This document shows, piece after piece, positions 31,322-42,174 of a stretch of 64,000 bases of DNA; position 1 is the stretch's first letter; each line of letters starts with the position of its first letter. Below the pieces are notes generated by a model that saw only the letters and a program-made list of their open reading frames with translations, did not search any database and was not told the origin of the DNA. The DNA is from Syntrophomonadaceae bacterium (lineage in GTDB: Bacteria; Bacillota; Dethiobacteria; DTU022; UBA8154). The position numbers and the translations under genes are program-made. The stretch covers positions 2,436 to 66,435 of the forward strand of contig PWRN01000020.1 in assembly GCA_003556225.1 (NCBI GenBank). The letters are read 5' to 3'.

Positions 31322-33730
31322 ATGGCTTTTAAAATCCGTAAGGCTGCTGTTCTGGGAGCGGGAACCATGGGAGCTTCCATCGCTGCGCACCTGGCAAACG
31401 TGGGGATCCCCAGCTATCTGCTGGATATCGTTCCCAGAGAACTGACCGACGAAGAAAAAGCTGCCGGATTGACCCTGGAAGATAAGAAAGTCCGGGATCG
31501 CCTGGCAGTTCAATCCATTGAGCGATTGAAGAAAATGCGCCCGGCCCCGTTTTACGACAGTAATGATGTTGTCCTGTTGACACCGGGCAACATGGAGGAT
31601 GACCTGGATAAGCTGGCCGAAGTGGATTGGATCATTGAGGTTGTCGTGGAGAACCTGGAGATTAAGAAAAACCTCTTGGGTCGCATCGAAGAGTACTGGA
31701 AAGAAGGAACCATTGTCAGTACGAACACCTCGGGTATTTCGGTCAATAAGATGGTAGAAGACTGCTCTGACAATTTCAAAAAACATTTTATGGGGACCCA
31801 CTTCTTTAACCCTCCACGCTACATGAAATTGCTGGAAATCATTCCTGGTGAGCAGTCGGACCCGGAAATCCTTTCCTTTATGCAGCGGTTTTGCGAGAAA
31901 GAACTGGGCAAGGGGGTCGTCTTTGCCAAGGACACGCCGAATTTTATCGCCAACCGCATCGGGGTCTACGGCATGGTTGTGACCGCCCGCCTGATGGAGC
32001 AGGAAGGGCTTTCCGTGGAGGAAGTGGATGCCGTGACCGGGCCGGCCATGGGGCGCCCCAAGAGCGCATCTTTCCGCACCCTGGATATGGTCGGGCTGGA
32101 TGTCTTTCTGCACGTGGCGCAAAACGTCCGGGACAACATTTCCGAGGAATGGGAAATCAAGGACTTTGAAATGCCCGCGTTTACGAAGACAATGGCTGAA
32201 AAAGGCTGGCTGGGCGAAAAGACCAAGAGTGGTTTTTACAAGGTGCAGAAAACAGCGGAAGGCAAGGATATCCTGGCACTGGATTACACCACCATGGAGT
32301 ACCGTCCCCGGCAGAAAGCCAAGTTCGGCAGCATTGATGCCACCAGGAACGTCAAAGGCGCGGGGAACAAGGTGAAAACGCTGGTGGAAGGTAAGGACAA
32401 GGGTGCTGTGTTTGCCTGGAAAGTACTCAAACCCGTGCTGGTGTACTCCGCTGTGAAGCTGGGTGAAATCGCCGATGATATCGTTTCCGTGGACCGGGCC
32501 ATGCGCTGGGGCTTCAACTGGGACCTGGGTCCCTTCGAACTGTGGGATGCCCTGGGCGTGCAAGAGGTGGTCGACCGCATGCAGCAGGAAGGAGATACGA
32601 TTCCAGCCGTCGTCCAGGAGTTGCTGGATGCAGGGCATGTATCTTTCTACAAGAAAGAAGACGGCAAAACCCTCTACTACGATTTCCAGGGGAAAAGCTA
32701 CCAGGAACTTCAGCCCCGCCCCGGGGTGATTATCCTGAACGAGCTTCGAGAGCAGAAAAAGGTTGTTAAATCCGTTTCCGGTGCCAGCCTGGTGGACATC
32801 GGCGACAATATCCTCTGCCTGGAATTTCACTCCCCTGCCCAGGCCATCGGGCCGGATGTGGTCGGCATGCTTTTTCGAGCCGTTGAAGAAGTGGAGAAAG
32901 GCTGGGATGGACTGGTCATCGCCAACCAGGGCCGCAACTTCAGCGTCGGCGCCAACCTGATGATGATTCTCATGGAAGCCCAGGCTGATGAATGGGACGA
33001 GATCGATCTGATCGCACACCAACTCCAGCAGTCCCTGCTGCGGATAAAGTACTGCGAAAAGCCTGTCGTGGCTGCGCCCCACGGCATGACCCTGGGGGGG
33101 GGCTACGAGGGGATCGCCCATGCACACCGCATCCGCGCCGCAGCGGAAACATACATGGGCCTGGTGGAGCTGGGTGTCGGTGTGATCCCTGCCGGGGGAG
33201 GTTGCAAGGAAATGGTGCTGCGCAGCGTGGAAAACGTGCAGGATAACAACAACGTCAGCGACCTGCTGCCCTACGTGCGGCGTGCCTTTGAAACCGTGGC
33301 CATGGCCCGGGTTGCGACCAGCGCCAAGGAAGGGTTTGTCTATGGTTACATGCGGCCCCAGGATTCTTTTACCGTGAACGGGGATCGCCACATTTACGAA
33401 GCCAAGAACCTGGTCAAGGCCTTGAACCTGGAAGGTTTCAAGCCGCCTGAACGCAAGAAAATCCGCGTTGTTGGCGAACCCGGATATGCGGCCTTGAAGG
33501 CGGGTATCTACCTGATGAAAGAAGGAAATTACATCTCTGAATATGATGCCTACCTGGGAGATAAGCTGGCCTATGTCTTCAGCGGTGGTCGGTTGCCGGC
33601 CAATACCTGGGTGGATGAGCAGTACCTGCTGGACCTGGAGCGCGAGGCATTCCTGCATCTCTGCGGCCAGCCCAAGACCCAGCAGCGCATGGTGCACATG
33701 CTGAAGACAAATAAACCGTTGAGAAATTAA
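31322..33730 (+). CDS. fadN: 3-hydroxyacyl-CoA dehydrogenase/enoyl-CoA hydratase (FadN-type)
   Basis: GAGTMG, TNTSG, HFFNPPRYM, C-terminal crotonase LGGGYE..GLVELGVG. Confidence 0.92.
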   Translation: MAFKIRKAAVLGAGTMGASIAAHLANVGIPSYLLDIVPRELTDEEKAAGLTLEDKKVRDRLAVQSIERLKKMRPAPFYDSNDVVLLTPGNMEDDLDKLAEVDWIIEVVVENLEIKKNLLGRIEEYWKEGTIVSTNTSGISVNKMVEDCSDNFKKHFMGTHFFNPPRYMKLLEIIPGEQSDPEILSFMQRFCEKELGKGVVFAKDTPNFIANRIGVYGMVVTARLMEQEGLSVEEVDAVTGPAMGRPKSASFRTLDMVGLDVFLHVAQNVRDNISEEWEIKDFEMPAFTKTMAEKGWLGEKTKSGFYKVQKTAEGKDILALDYTTMEYRPRQKAKFGSIDATRNVKGAGNKVKTLVEGKDKGAVFAWKVLKPVLVYSAVKLGEIADDIVSVDRAMRWGFNWDLGPFELWDALGVQEVVDRMQQEGDTIPAVVQELLDAGHVSFYKKEDGKTLYYDFQGKSYQELQPRPGVIILNELREQKKVVKSVSGASLVDIGDNILCLEFHSPAQAIGPDVVGMLFRAVEEVEKGWDGLVIANQGRNFSVGANLMMILMEAQADEWDEIDLIAHQLQQSLLRIKYCEKPVVAAPHGMTLGGGYEGIAHAHRIRAAAETYMGLVELGVGVIPAGGGCKEMVLRSVENVQDNNNVSDLLPYVRRAFETVAMARVATSAKEGFVYGYMRPQDSFTVNGDRHIYEAKNLVKALNLEGFKPPERKKIRVVGEPGYAALKAGIYLMKEGNYISEYDAYLGDKLAYVFSGGRLPANTWVDEQYLLDLEREAFLHLCGQPKTQQRMVHMLKTNKPLRN

Positions 33731-33751
33731 TGACCAAGGAGGGATAACTCA

Positions 33752-34930
33752 ATGCGTGAGGCTGTGATAGTCGCCGCAGTGCGCACCCCCATCGGGCGCG
33801 CCAACAGGGGGACGTTAAAAGACACCAGGCCGGAAGACCTGGCCGCGCTGGTGATCAATGAAAGCATCAAGCGAGCCGACGGTTTGAAGCCCGAGGACGT
33901 CGATGATGTGATCCTGGGCTGTGCCTTCCCGGAAGGTGAACAGGGTATGAACGTGGGCCGGATCGCCTGCCAGCGAGCGGGGCTGCCTTCATCGGTGCCC
34001 GGCTATACCGTTAATCGCTTCTGTTCCTCGGGCTTGCAAAGTATTGCCCTGGCCGCATCGCAGGTTCAGATCGGCGCGGCCGAGATTATCGTGGCAGGTG
34101 GCGTGGAGAGCATGAGCATGGTGCCCATGGGGGGCAACAAGCTGGCTCCGAACCCCTACCTGGCCGATCATTACCCCCAGGCTTATATCAACATGGGGCT
34201 GACAGCGGAAAATGTGGCGGAACGACACCAGGTAAGCCGGGAGGATCAGGACCGCTTTGCCGCCTCCAGCCATCAAAAAGCTGCCAGGGCGATCAAGGAG
34301 GGCAAGTTCAAGGACGAGATTTTACCGGTCCCGGTGAAGCAGCGGGGAGTTGACGGCAAGGGGAGATTTTTTGAGAAAGAAATCATCTTCGACACCGACG
34401 AAGGTGTGCGCCCCGACTCTACTCCGGAGGGATTGAGCAAACTGCGGCCAGCTTTCAAGCAGGGCGGCGTGGTCACTGCGGGGAACTCATCCCAGGTCAA
34501 TGACGGGGCCGCTGCGGTCATCGTCATGTCCAAGGAAAAGGCTGCTGACCTGGGCTTAACGCCCCTGGTTTATTTCAAGAGCTTCGCCGTGGGCGGTGTG
34601 GATCCCGATGTTATGGGGATTGGACCGGTTGTCGCCATTCCCAAGGCATTAAAGCTGGCCGGGCTTAAACAGGAAGAAATCGATGTCTTTGAGCTCAATG
34701 AAGCTTTTGCCGCCCAGGCACTGGCCGTGATCAGGGAATTGGGACTGGATGAGAGCAAGATCAATCTAAACGGCGGCGCCATTGCCCTGGGTCACCCCCT
34801 GGGCTGCACCGGCGCCAAGCTCACGGTGACCCTGATTTATGAAATGATGCGCCAAAACGCCCGGTACGGGGCTGTGTCCATGTGCATCGGTGGTGGCATG
34901 GGTGCAGCGGGGATTTTTGAGCGCAGGTAA
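33752..34930 (+). CDS. fadA: acetyl-CoA C-acyltransferase (thiolase)
   Basis: NRFCSSG, NEAFA, GHPLG, CIGGG. Confidence 0.93.
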   Translation: MREAVIVAAVRTPIGRANRGTLKDTRPEDLAALVINESIKRADGLKPEDVDDVILGCAFPEGEQGMNVGRIACQRAGLPSSVPGYTVNRFCSSGLQSIALAASQVQIGAAEIIVAGGVESMSMVPMGGNKLAPNPYLADHYPQAYINMGLTAENVAERHQVSREDQDRFAASSHQKAARAIKEGKFKDEILPVPVKQRGVDGKGRFFEKEIIFDTDEGVRPDSTPEGLSKLRPAFKQGGVVTAGNSSQVNDGAAAVIVMSKEKAADLGLTPLVYFKSFAVGGVDPDVMGIGPVVAIPKALKLAGLKQEEIDVFELNEAFAAQALAVIRELGLDESKINLNGGAIALGHPLGCTGAKLTVTLIYEMMRQNARYGAVSMCIGGGMGAAGIFERR

Positions 34931-34967
34931 AAAACGAAAGATGATAGACTGAAAGGAGTGTTGTTTC

Positions 34968-36749
34968 ATGTCCAATGAATTAATTAAGGGCGGGGCCTTT
35001 CTCATCAGCCAGTCCAATGCCGAAGATGTATTTACGCCCGAAGATTTTGATCAGACGCATAAAATGATTGACAGCATGAGCAGGGATTTTGTCCATGACA
35101 AGGTGCTCCCCAGGACCGATGAAATCGAGGCCATGGAAGAAGGCGTGATCGTGAACCTGCTCAAGGAAGCGGGCGAGCTGGGGCTGTTAGGGGTTGATAT
35201 CCCTGAAAAATACGGCGGCGAAGACGGGGATAAAATTTCTACCTTGATCGTGACGGAAAACCTTTCATTAAATGGTTCTTTCGCCACCGCTTTTGGTGCG
35301 CACACGGGAATCGGCACCCTGCCCATCGTGCTCTTTGGAAACGAGGAGCAGAAAGCCAAGTATCTTCCCGGCCTGGCCAGCGGGGAAAAAATCGCGGCCT
35401 ATGCCTTAACGGAACCGGAAGCCGGCTCGGATGCCTTGAACTGTAAAACCCGGGCTATGCTCAGTGAATGTGGGAACTACTACATTTTAAACGGGGCCAA
35501 GCAGTATATCACCAACGCGTCCTGGGCGCACGTGATCGTCACCTACGCCAAGATCGACAACGAAAAGTTTACCGCGTTTATCGTCGACGGGGATAGTCCT
35601 GGCGTCAGCATTGACCCGGAAGAAAAGAAGATGGGCTTGAAGGGCTCTTCTACCTGCAGCGTGATCTTCGAAGACGCCAAGATCCCCGTGGAGAACGTCC
35701 TCTGGGAGATCGGCAAGGGGCACCAGGTGGCCTTTAACATCTTGAATATCGGGCGCTTTAAACTGGGCGCCGGGTGCGCGGGTGCCGGCAAATACGTGCT
35801 GGCCAACGCGGTGGACTATGCGCTGCAGCGCCAGCAGTTTAAGATGCCCATCGCCAAATTCGGCCTGATCAAAGGCAAGGTTGCCGATATGGCGATCCTG
35901 AATTACGTCATGGAAAGCATGCTCTACCGCACTGGCGGCTTGATCGAGGACCTGCTCTCTTCCCTCGACCTGGAAGGGGAGGGCGCCGGCAAGAAGATCG
36001 CCGATGGCATCCAGGAATACGCCATTGAATGTTCCATCAACAAGATCTTCTGCTCCGAGGCCTTTGACTTTATCGCCGACGAAGGGGTACAGATCTACGG
36101 CGGCTACGGTTACAGCATGGAATATCCCATGGAGCGGGCGTACCGCGACAGCCGGATCAACCGTATCTTTGAAGGGACCAACGAGATCAACCGCTTGATC
36201 ATCCCGGCCACATTGATGCGCAAAGCCATGAAAGGTGAAATCGCCCTCATCCAGGCCGCACAAAAACTCCAGGAAGACCTGATGATGCCCATGATGCCCG
36301 AACTGTCCGGCGAGGTCCTGGAGGAACAGGAAAATCTCATTGAAAACATGAAGAAGGTTTTCCTGATGGTCTCCGGCACAGCGGTTCAAAAATTCGGGGA
36401 AGCGATCCAGAAAGAACAGGAAATCCTGGGCCGCATGGCTGATATGGCCATCCTGGTCTTCGCCGCAGAAAGTGCCTACCTGCGCGCCAAGAAAATCGTG
36501 CAGCAAAAAGACGAGACTGCCGCCGAGCTGGCCATCAAGATGACCGAGTGTTTTGTGGCCGAAGCCGTGCCCAAGTTTGACCTCTGGGGTAAAGAAGTGC
36601 TGGCCGCCATGGAAGAAGGCGATACCAGGCGCACCATGCTTTCTGCCTTACGCAAGCTGACCCGCTTCGAGCCCATTAATCTCTACGAGCGCAAGCGCTA
36701 CATTGCCAAAGAAATGTACGAAGCCAAGAAGTACTTTGTCTTGAAGTAA
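34968..36749 (+). CDS. fadE: acyl-CoA dehydrogenase (FadE-type, long form)
   Basis: ALTEPEAGSDA, GGYGY, IFEGTNEINR; fadNAE gene order. Confidence 0.9.
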   Translation: MSNELIKGGAFLISQSNAEDVFTPEDFDQTHKMIDSMSRDFVHDKVLPRTDEIEAMEEGVIVNLLKEAGELGLLGVDIPEKYGGEDGDKISTLIVTENLSLNGSFATAFGAHTGIGTLPIVLFGNEEQKAKYLPGLASGEKIAAYALTEPEAGSDALNCKTRAMLSECGNYYILNGAKQYITNASWAHVIVTYAKIDNEKFTAFIVDGDSPGVSIDPEEKKMGLKGSSTCSVIFEDAKIPVENVLWEIGKGHQVAFNILNIGRFKLGAGCAGAGKYVLANAVDYALQRQQFKMPIAKFGLIKGKVADMAILNYVMESMLYRTGGLIEDLLSSLDLEGEGAGKKIADGIQEYAIECSINKIFCSEAFDFIADEGVQIYGGYGYSMEYPMERAYRDSRINRIFEGTNEINRLIIPATLMRKAMKGEIALIQAAQKLQEDLMMPMMPELSGEVLEEQENLIENMKKVFLMVSGTAVQKFGEAIQKEQEILGRMADMAILVFAAESAYLRAKKIVQQKDETAAELAIKMTECFVAEAVPKFDLWGKEVLAAMEEGDTRRTMLSALRKLTRFEPINLYERKRYIAKEMYEAKKYFVLK

Positions 36750-36836
36750 GCAGGTTTGCCTTTGCTGAAGAGCCCGACTGCATGGGCCGGGCTGCTTCAG
36801 CGGTATGCTGAAAGATGGAAGAGGGGGAGTTGGACA

Positions 36837-37364
36837 TTGGTGAACTACAAGAACAAGGACAACTTCACAACCGCCATTCAAACGATTTTCCCCAAGCTGA
36901 TGCATTACCTGCAGACGGAAGAAAGCCGTGAACTGACCGGCCTGGATATTACGCCGGGGCAGGTGAATGCCCTGCTGGTGCTGTACTTTAATGAAAGCCT
37001 GACGATGGGGGAGCTCAGCCAGGAGCTGTTTTTGGCGGAAAGCGCAGTAACACGTATGGTAAACCGCCTGGTCAAGCTTAACCTGGTTCGCCGCTACGGG
37101 GATGAAAAAGACAGGCGCATCGTCCGGGTTTCCCTGACATCTTTCGGCCGTCAGCTGGCCCGACTGGTTTTTAACCGCCGAACCCACCGCTTTAACAACC
37201 TGGCCGAGCACATTACCCTGGAGGAACGGGAAATGTTGATCATTTCCTTGCAGGCGGTCCTGCGAGTTTTTGAGGAATTAGAGCAGCTTTACCAGCAAAA
37301 GAAAGCCAAGGAAAAAGAAATGCTGGCCCCTCCGTACCCGGAAAACGAGGAAGCCAGGGGCTAG
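36837..37364 (+). CDS. MarR family transcriptional regulator (paralogue 2)
   Basis: Closely similar to 30198-30695; TTG start after GGGGGAG. Confidence 0.92.
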   Translation: MVNYKNKDNFTTAIQTIFPKLMHYLQTEESRELTGLDITPGQVNALLVLYFNESLTMGELSQELFLAESAVTRMVNRLVKLNLVRRYGDEKDRRIVRVSLTSFGRQLARLVFNRRTHRFNNLAEHITLEEREMLIISLQAVLRVFEELEQLYQQKKAKEKEMLAPPYPENEEARG

Positions 37365-37514
37365 TATCGTTGAACATGGCCTAAACTACCATGGCAGTAG
37401 CTTCTTGTATGAACAAAAGGATGATACAATCATTCCAATTTTTGTGCTCCCCCCTGGCTGCAGCAGGAGGGAGTGTTTTTTTGACGAATCTTCTAACCAA
37501 AGGGGGATGAGCAG

Positions 37515-38486
37515 ATGATCAAAGAGTTGGCTCCTCAACTTTATCAAATCGAAGTGCCCCTGCCGAAAAATCCGCTAAAAGCGACCAATTCTTATGTGAT
37601 CAAAACCGCCCAGCGGAATTTGGTTATCGATACAGGCATGTTCCGGGAAGAATGTAAAAGAGTCATGGACAAAGCCCTGGAGAGCCTGGAGATTGATCGC
37701 GAAATGACCGACTTTTTTATTACCCACTTGCATGCTGACCACCTGGGCCTGGCGGGGTATCTTTCCTCGGGCAACTCCCGGGTTTATTTTCATCGGCGGG
37801 ATGCGACTATCCTGGAGGTTCCCAATTTCTGGGAGACGATCTCTCGTCGTGCCCGCCAACTCGGATTTCCTGGCCCAGAGCTGGATCAAGCTATCCGCAC
37901 TCATCCCGGGAAAAAATTTAGCCCTGCGGAAGCCATTCCCTTTGATTTAATCACAGATGGACAGGTGCTTACTTTTGGGGATTACCACCTGGAATGCCTG
38001 CATACCCCCGGACATACCCCCGGTCACACCTGCTTGTATGAGCGCCGAAAGAAAGTATTGTTTTCTGGCGATCATATCCTGGGAGATATCACCCCCAACA
38101 TTTCCACCTGGTTTGTAGAGGAGAATCCCCTGGCACAATACCTGGAAAGCCTGGATCGGGTTTTCTACATGGAAGTGGATCGGGTTTATCCCGGCCACCG
38201 CAGCGTGCTCAAAAATTGTCGGGGTCGGATCCAGGAGCTCTTGCAGCATCACCGCCAGCGGGCGGAAGAAATTCTCTATATTTTGGAGAAAGAGAAAAAA
38301 ACCGCTTACCAGGTGGCTGCGGAGATGAGCTGGGACATTGTATCCGAAAACTGGGAGATGTTTCCCCTGAACCAGAAGTGGTTTGCCATGGGCGAAGCCA
38401 TTGCCCACCTGCGATACCTGGAGGTCCAGGGGCTGCTGGAGAACCGTCTGCTCCAGGATGACACCTTATACTGGCAGCGGCGGTGA
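37515..38486 (+). CDS. MBL-fold metallo-hydrolase
   Basis: THLHADH, TPGHTPGH, SGDHIL, PGH. Confidence 0.92.
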   Translation: MIKELAPQLYQIEVPLPKNPLKATNSYVIKTAQRNLVIDTGMFREECKRVMDKALESLEIDREMTDFFITHLHADHLGLAGYLSSGNSRVYFHRRDATILEVPNFWETISRRARQLGFPGPELDQAIRTHPGKKFSPAEAIPFDLITDGQVLTFGDYHLECLHTPGHTPGHTCLYERRKKVLFSGDHILGDITPNISTWFVEENPLAQYLESLDRVFYMEVDRVYPGHRSVLKNCRGRIQELLQHHRQRAEEILYILEKEKKTAYQVAAEMSWDIVSENWEMFPLNQKWFAMGEAIAHLRYLEVQGLLENRLLQDDTLYWQRR

Positions 38487-38654
38487 AGACGCCCCCGGGA
38501 TGCTGTACCTGTGCGAGATTCCCCTTGATCATGAGTCGCCTGATTTTGACTATGCCCGGGCGTCCTGGATATGTTACAATAGATCAAAAGAGGCAGCAGG
38601 CGAGGCTGCCCGGCCCGCCACCGGAACCATGACCTGGAAAAGGAGGGATTTTCC

Positions 38655-39485
38655 TTGAGTATTGTTGCTTCTGGCATTGCCCCTCACCCGCCGATCATCA
38701 TTCCAGCTATCGGGCGCGGCGAACTGTCCCGGGTAAAAGATACCGTGGATTCCTTGAAACTGTTTTCACGCCAGGTCGCTTTAACAAACCCGGAAACGGT
38801 GATTCTGATCACGCCGCATGGACCCATGCACCGCAATGCCCCGGCAGTTTTGGCCGGCAAGAAATTGGAAGGCGATTTTGCCCAGTTTCGTGCCCCCGAG
38901 ATCCAACTCCACGCGGCAAACGATCTTGAACTGGTTGACGCGATAGAAAAGGAAACAGAAAAAAAGGGCCCTGGCATTCTCCGGTTGGATGAAGAGAAGG
39001 GCCCCGGGGAAGCTTCCACGCTGGACCATGGTATCAGCGTGCCGCTTTACTACTTGCAGGAGGCGGGCACCGGGAAGCAGGTAGTGGCGATTACGTTTGC
39101 CCCGCTCCCCTACGAAGATCTCTTTCGGTTCGGCCAGGCGATGCAAAAAGCCGTGTTGAAAACGGGCCGGAGAGCTGCCGTGGTGGCCAGCGGCGACCTT
39201 TCCCATCGTCTCACGCGCTTTGCCCCGGCCGGCTTCAACCCCCGGGGCCAGGAATTTGACCGGCAGCTGGTCGAGCGCGTGCAGAACTATGATGTCAAAG
39301 GGCTGCTGCACATGGACGAATCCCTGGTGTACGATGCCGGTGAGTGCGGATTGCGCTCCATCATCATCTTGCTGGGCTGCCTGGAAGGGCTGCAGGTGTC
39401 TCCTCGTGTTCTCTCCTACGAAGGGCCATTCGGCGTGGGGTACCTGGTGGCATCCTTTATGCCGCAGCAGAAGGAGGCAACGTAA
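38655..39485 (+). CDS. AmmeMemoRadiSam system LigB/Memo-like protein
   Basis: PHPP, TPH, LDHG, ASGDLSH, ECG, YEGPFGVGY. Confidence 0.88.
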   Translation: MSIVASGIAPHPPIIIPAIGRGELSRVKDTVDSLKLFSRQVALTNPETVILITPHGPMHRNAPAVLAGKKLEGDFAQFRAPEIQLHAANDLELVDAIEKETEKKGPGILRLDEEKGPGEASTLDHGISVPLYYLQEAGTGKQVVAITFAPLPYEDLFRFGQAMQKAVLKTGRRAAVVASGDLSHRLTRFAPAGFNPRGQEFDRQLVERVQNYDVKGLLHMDESLVYDAGECGLRSIIILLGCLEGLQVSPRVLSYEGPFGVGYLVASFMPQQKEAT

Positions 39486-40007
39486 TTGGACGAAGCAAAT
39501 AAACCCCGACATGTTGATATCGCCCGCAAGGCGCTGGAAAAAAAACTCAGAGAAGGTCTTGCGCCCCAGCTTCCCGAAACATTGCCGGCAGACCTATTAA
39601 AACCCGGGGCCGCCTTTGTTTCTTTAAAAAAACGAGGGGCCCTGCGGGGCTGTATTGGCACTGTCCAACCGACACGAAACAGCCTGGCCGAGGAAATTGC
39701 CTACAATGCCCTGAGCGCCGGGTTAAACGACCCGCGTTTTCCGCCCCTGGCTCCTGATGAACTGGATGAGATCACCATCAGCGTGGACGTCCTCACCGAG
39801 CCGGAAAAAATCAATGACCTCTCCCAGCTGGACCCGGCCCGCTACGGTGTGATCGTGCGCAAAGGATTCCGTTCGGGACTTTTACTGCCCGACCTGGAGG
39901 GGATAGATACCGTGGAAAAACAGCTGGCTATCGCCAAGCAGAAGGCGGGCATCGATGAGCAGGAGCCGGTAGAACTCTACCGTTTTGAAGTGCAGCGATA
40001 CGCCTAA
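39486..40007 (+). CDS. AmmeMemoRadiSam system protein A (AMMECR1 domain)
   Basis: LRGCIGT, DPRFPP, GLLLPDLEG. Confidence 0.92.
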   Translation: MDEANKPRHVDIARKALEKKLREGLAPQLPETLPADLLKPGAAFVSLKKRGALRGCIGTVQPTRNSLAEEIAYNALSAGLNDPRFPPLAPDELDEITISVDVLTEPEKINDLSQLDPARYGVIVRKGFRSGLLLPDLEGIDTVEKQLAIAKQKAGIDEQEPVELYRFEVQRYA

Positions 40008-40032
40008 ATCTCAAAAGAAAGGGGCGGCGGCC

Positions 40033-41058
40033 ATGCAGGAAGCCCTCTATTATCGCCGAGAAGGTGACCGCGTCTCTTGTCAACTATGCCCCCAGGAGTG
40101 TCGTCTAAAGGAAGGTCATAAGGGCCTTTGCGGGGTACGGATCGCCAGGGGCGGCCGACTTCTCACCAGCAATTATTATCACTGCGGCGCATTTAATGTT
40201 GATCCCATCGAGAAGAAACCGCTCTATCATTTTTATCCCGGCTGGGACATCATATCCCTGGGAACCATCGGCTGCAATCTGCACTGTCAATTTTGTCAAA
40301 ATTGGAACCTGGCCCATGGTGATCAAGTTTCTGGGCTAGAAGTACTTACCACGGACAAACTGCTGCAAATGCTTCGTAACGGCCCCGCCAAGGGCCAGCT
40401 CGGCATCGCTTATACGTACAACGAACCCACGGTCTGGTATGAGTTTGTCCTGGAAAACTCCCGCCTGGTGGCCGCTGAGGGATACAAGAACGTGCTGGTC
40501 ACCAACGGGATGATTAACCCCGAACCCCTGGCAGAACTTTTACCTTATATTCATGCGATGAACATCGATGTCAAGGCCTTTCATGACGATTTTTACCAGC
40601 GTTACTGCCGCGGCACAAAGGTGCAGCACATCCAACGGACCGTGGAACAAGCTGCAAAGAGCTGCCATGTGGAGCTCACTTACCTGCTTATCTCCACCCT
40701 CAATGACGACGTGACTGAAATTGGCCGCTTCGTGGACTGGGTTGCTACCCTGGACCCGCAGATACCCGTGCACTTCAGCCGATTTTTCCCCGCCCACAGG
40801 CTGGATCTTCCTCCAACATCCATCAAGACCATGATTGAAGCTTACGAGCAAGCAAGAAAACAACTCTCTTATGTTTACTTGGGTAATGTCATGGATAAAG
40901 AACGCAGCAGCACATACTGCCCCAACTGTGGCAACTTGCTGATTGTACGCCGGGGTTACGGTGTAGATAACCCCGGATTGAACGGAAAGAACTGCAACAA
41001 CTGCGGTTATCAGATCCGCCTTGCAGGGCACATGTTTGGCGAGGAAGAACAGCCATAG
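40033..41058 (+). CDS. AmmeMemoRadiSam system radical SAM enzyme
   Basis: DPIEKKPLYHF, CNLHCQFC, YTYNEP. Confidence 0.93.
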   Translation: MQEALYYRREGDRVSCQLCPQECRLKEGHKGLCGVRIARGGRLLTSNYYHCGAFNVDPIEKKPLYHFYPGWDIISLGTIGCNLHCQFCQNWNLAHGDQVSGLEVLTTDKLLQMLRNGPAKGQLGIAYTYNEPTVWYEFVLENSRLVAAEGYKNVLVTNGMINPEPLAELLPYIHAMNIDVKAFHDDFYQRYCRGTKVQHIQRTVEQAAKSCHVELTYLLISTLNDDVTEIGRFVDWVATLDPQIPVHFSRFFPAHRLDLPPTSIKTMIEAYEQARKQLSYVYLGNVMDKERSSTYCPNCGNLLIVRRGYGVDNPGLNGKNCNNCGYQIRLAGHMFGEEEQP

Positions 41059-41313
41059 CCCGGCGCCTGGAAGGCTTCCATAAAATAACCAAAAGAGGTT
41101 TTTCCTGCACCGCCGGACATGCTATCCGCCAGATAACATTGCGCTCTTGGTCGGTTTGCGGGTTTTTTTTCTTCAGCCCTGCTGGCAGGGAGAAAAAGGT
41201 ACGCAAGCTAAAAAATGTTAGGCTGCAAAAAGGTATTTCCACGCTGCAGAGAGAATAAAGTTAGGGAACGACGGGTTGCAGAAGGCTGGGGAACGGGGTG
41301 TTATTCGCAGTAA

Positions 41314-42174
41314 ATGTGGGAACAAATCTGGACTCAGTTTTTGACCACGCTTTCACAATTTCGTCCGGGACTGCGGGACATCATTGATATCACCATTGTC
41401 GCTTATATCTTTTACCGCTTGATCCTGATCATTCGCGGCACCCGGGCTGAACAGCTAGTAAAGGGCCTAATTATCTTGCTCATTGCCATGGTGGTCAGCG
41501 GGGAGCTGGGGCTGGGTACCTTGAACTGGTTGCTGCGCGGCCTCATGACCATGGGTTTGATCGCCATTCCCATCGTATTCCAGCCGGAACTCAGGCGTGC
41601 CCTGGAACACCTGGGCCGGGGGAAAATATTTCAACGAGCTTTCCAGGAATATGATGATGAGCAGTTTCGGGATGTGCTGGAAGAACTGCTTAAAGCCATT
41701 CCTGTCCTGGTCAAAAAAAGGATCGGCGCCTTGATCGTGTTGGAACGGGAAACCGGGCTCAAGGATATCGTTGAAACAGGCATAGAAATCGGCGGTGTCC
41801 TCACTGCAGAATTGATGATTAATATCTTTATGCCGCGCAGCCCCCTCCATGACGGGGCTGTTATTGTCCGGGGGAATGTCGTTGCGGCTGCAGGCTGTTA
41901 TTTGCCTCTCACAGAAAACCCCAACCTCAGCAAGGAACTGGGCACCCGCCACCGGGCTGCCCTCGGTATTACCGAAATTTCCGATGCCGTGGTCATTGTC
42001 GTCTCGGAAGAGACAGGGGTCATTTCCCTGGCTCACGAGGGCAAGCTGACCCGTTACCTGGATGAAAAAACCCTGCGCAGCACCTTGCTGAACCTGTATT
42101 TTACCCCCAAGAGAAAACGGGAAACATCCTTTTGGCCCTGGAGGTCCGGTCAAAAACATGACAGAGAAAACTAA
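41314..42174 (+). CDS. cdaA: diadenylate cyclase CdaA
   Basis: Three N-terminal TMs; FQPELRRAL, PLHDGA, GTRHRAA, SEETG. Confidence 0.95.
   Translation: MWEQIWTQFLTTLSQFRPGLRDIIDITIVAYIFYRLILIIRGTRAEQLVKGLIILLIAMVVSGELGLGTLNWLLRGLMTMGLIAIPIVFQPELRRALEHLGRGKIFQRAFQEYDDEQFRDVLEELLKAIPVLVKKRIGALIVLERETGLKDIVETGIEIGGVLTAELMINIFMPRSPLHDGAVIVRGNVVAAAGCYLPLTENPNLSKELGTRHRAALGITEISDAVVIVVSEETGVISLAHEGKLTRYLDEKTLRSTLLNLYFTPKRKRETSFWPWRSGQKHDREN

Noticed and set aside
33094-33102. G9 homopolymer in fadN as a phase-variation tract
   Set aside because: It encodes the conserved crotonase LGGG motif and the frame is intact.
31226-33697. 823-aa antisense ORF opposite fadN
   Set aside because: Codon-aligned shadow of a GC3-biased gene; no recognisable motifs, and it spans almost exactly the real gene.
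35487-36506. 339-aa antisense ORF in fadE (similar ones at 16461-17360, 48434-49396, 60541-61209)
   Set aside because: Shadow ORFs fully overlapping well-supported genes.
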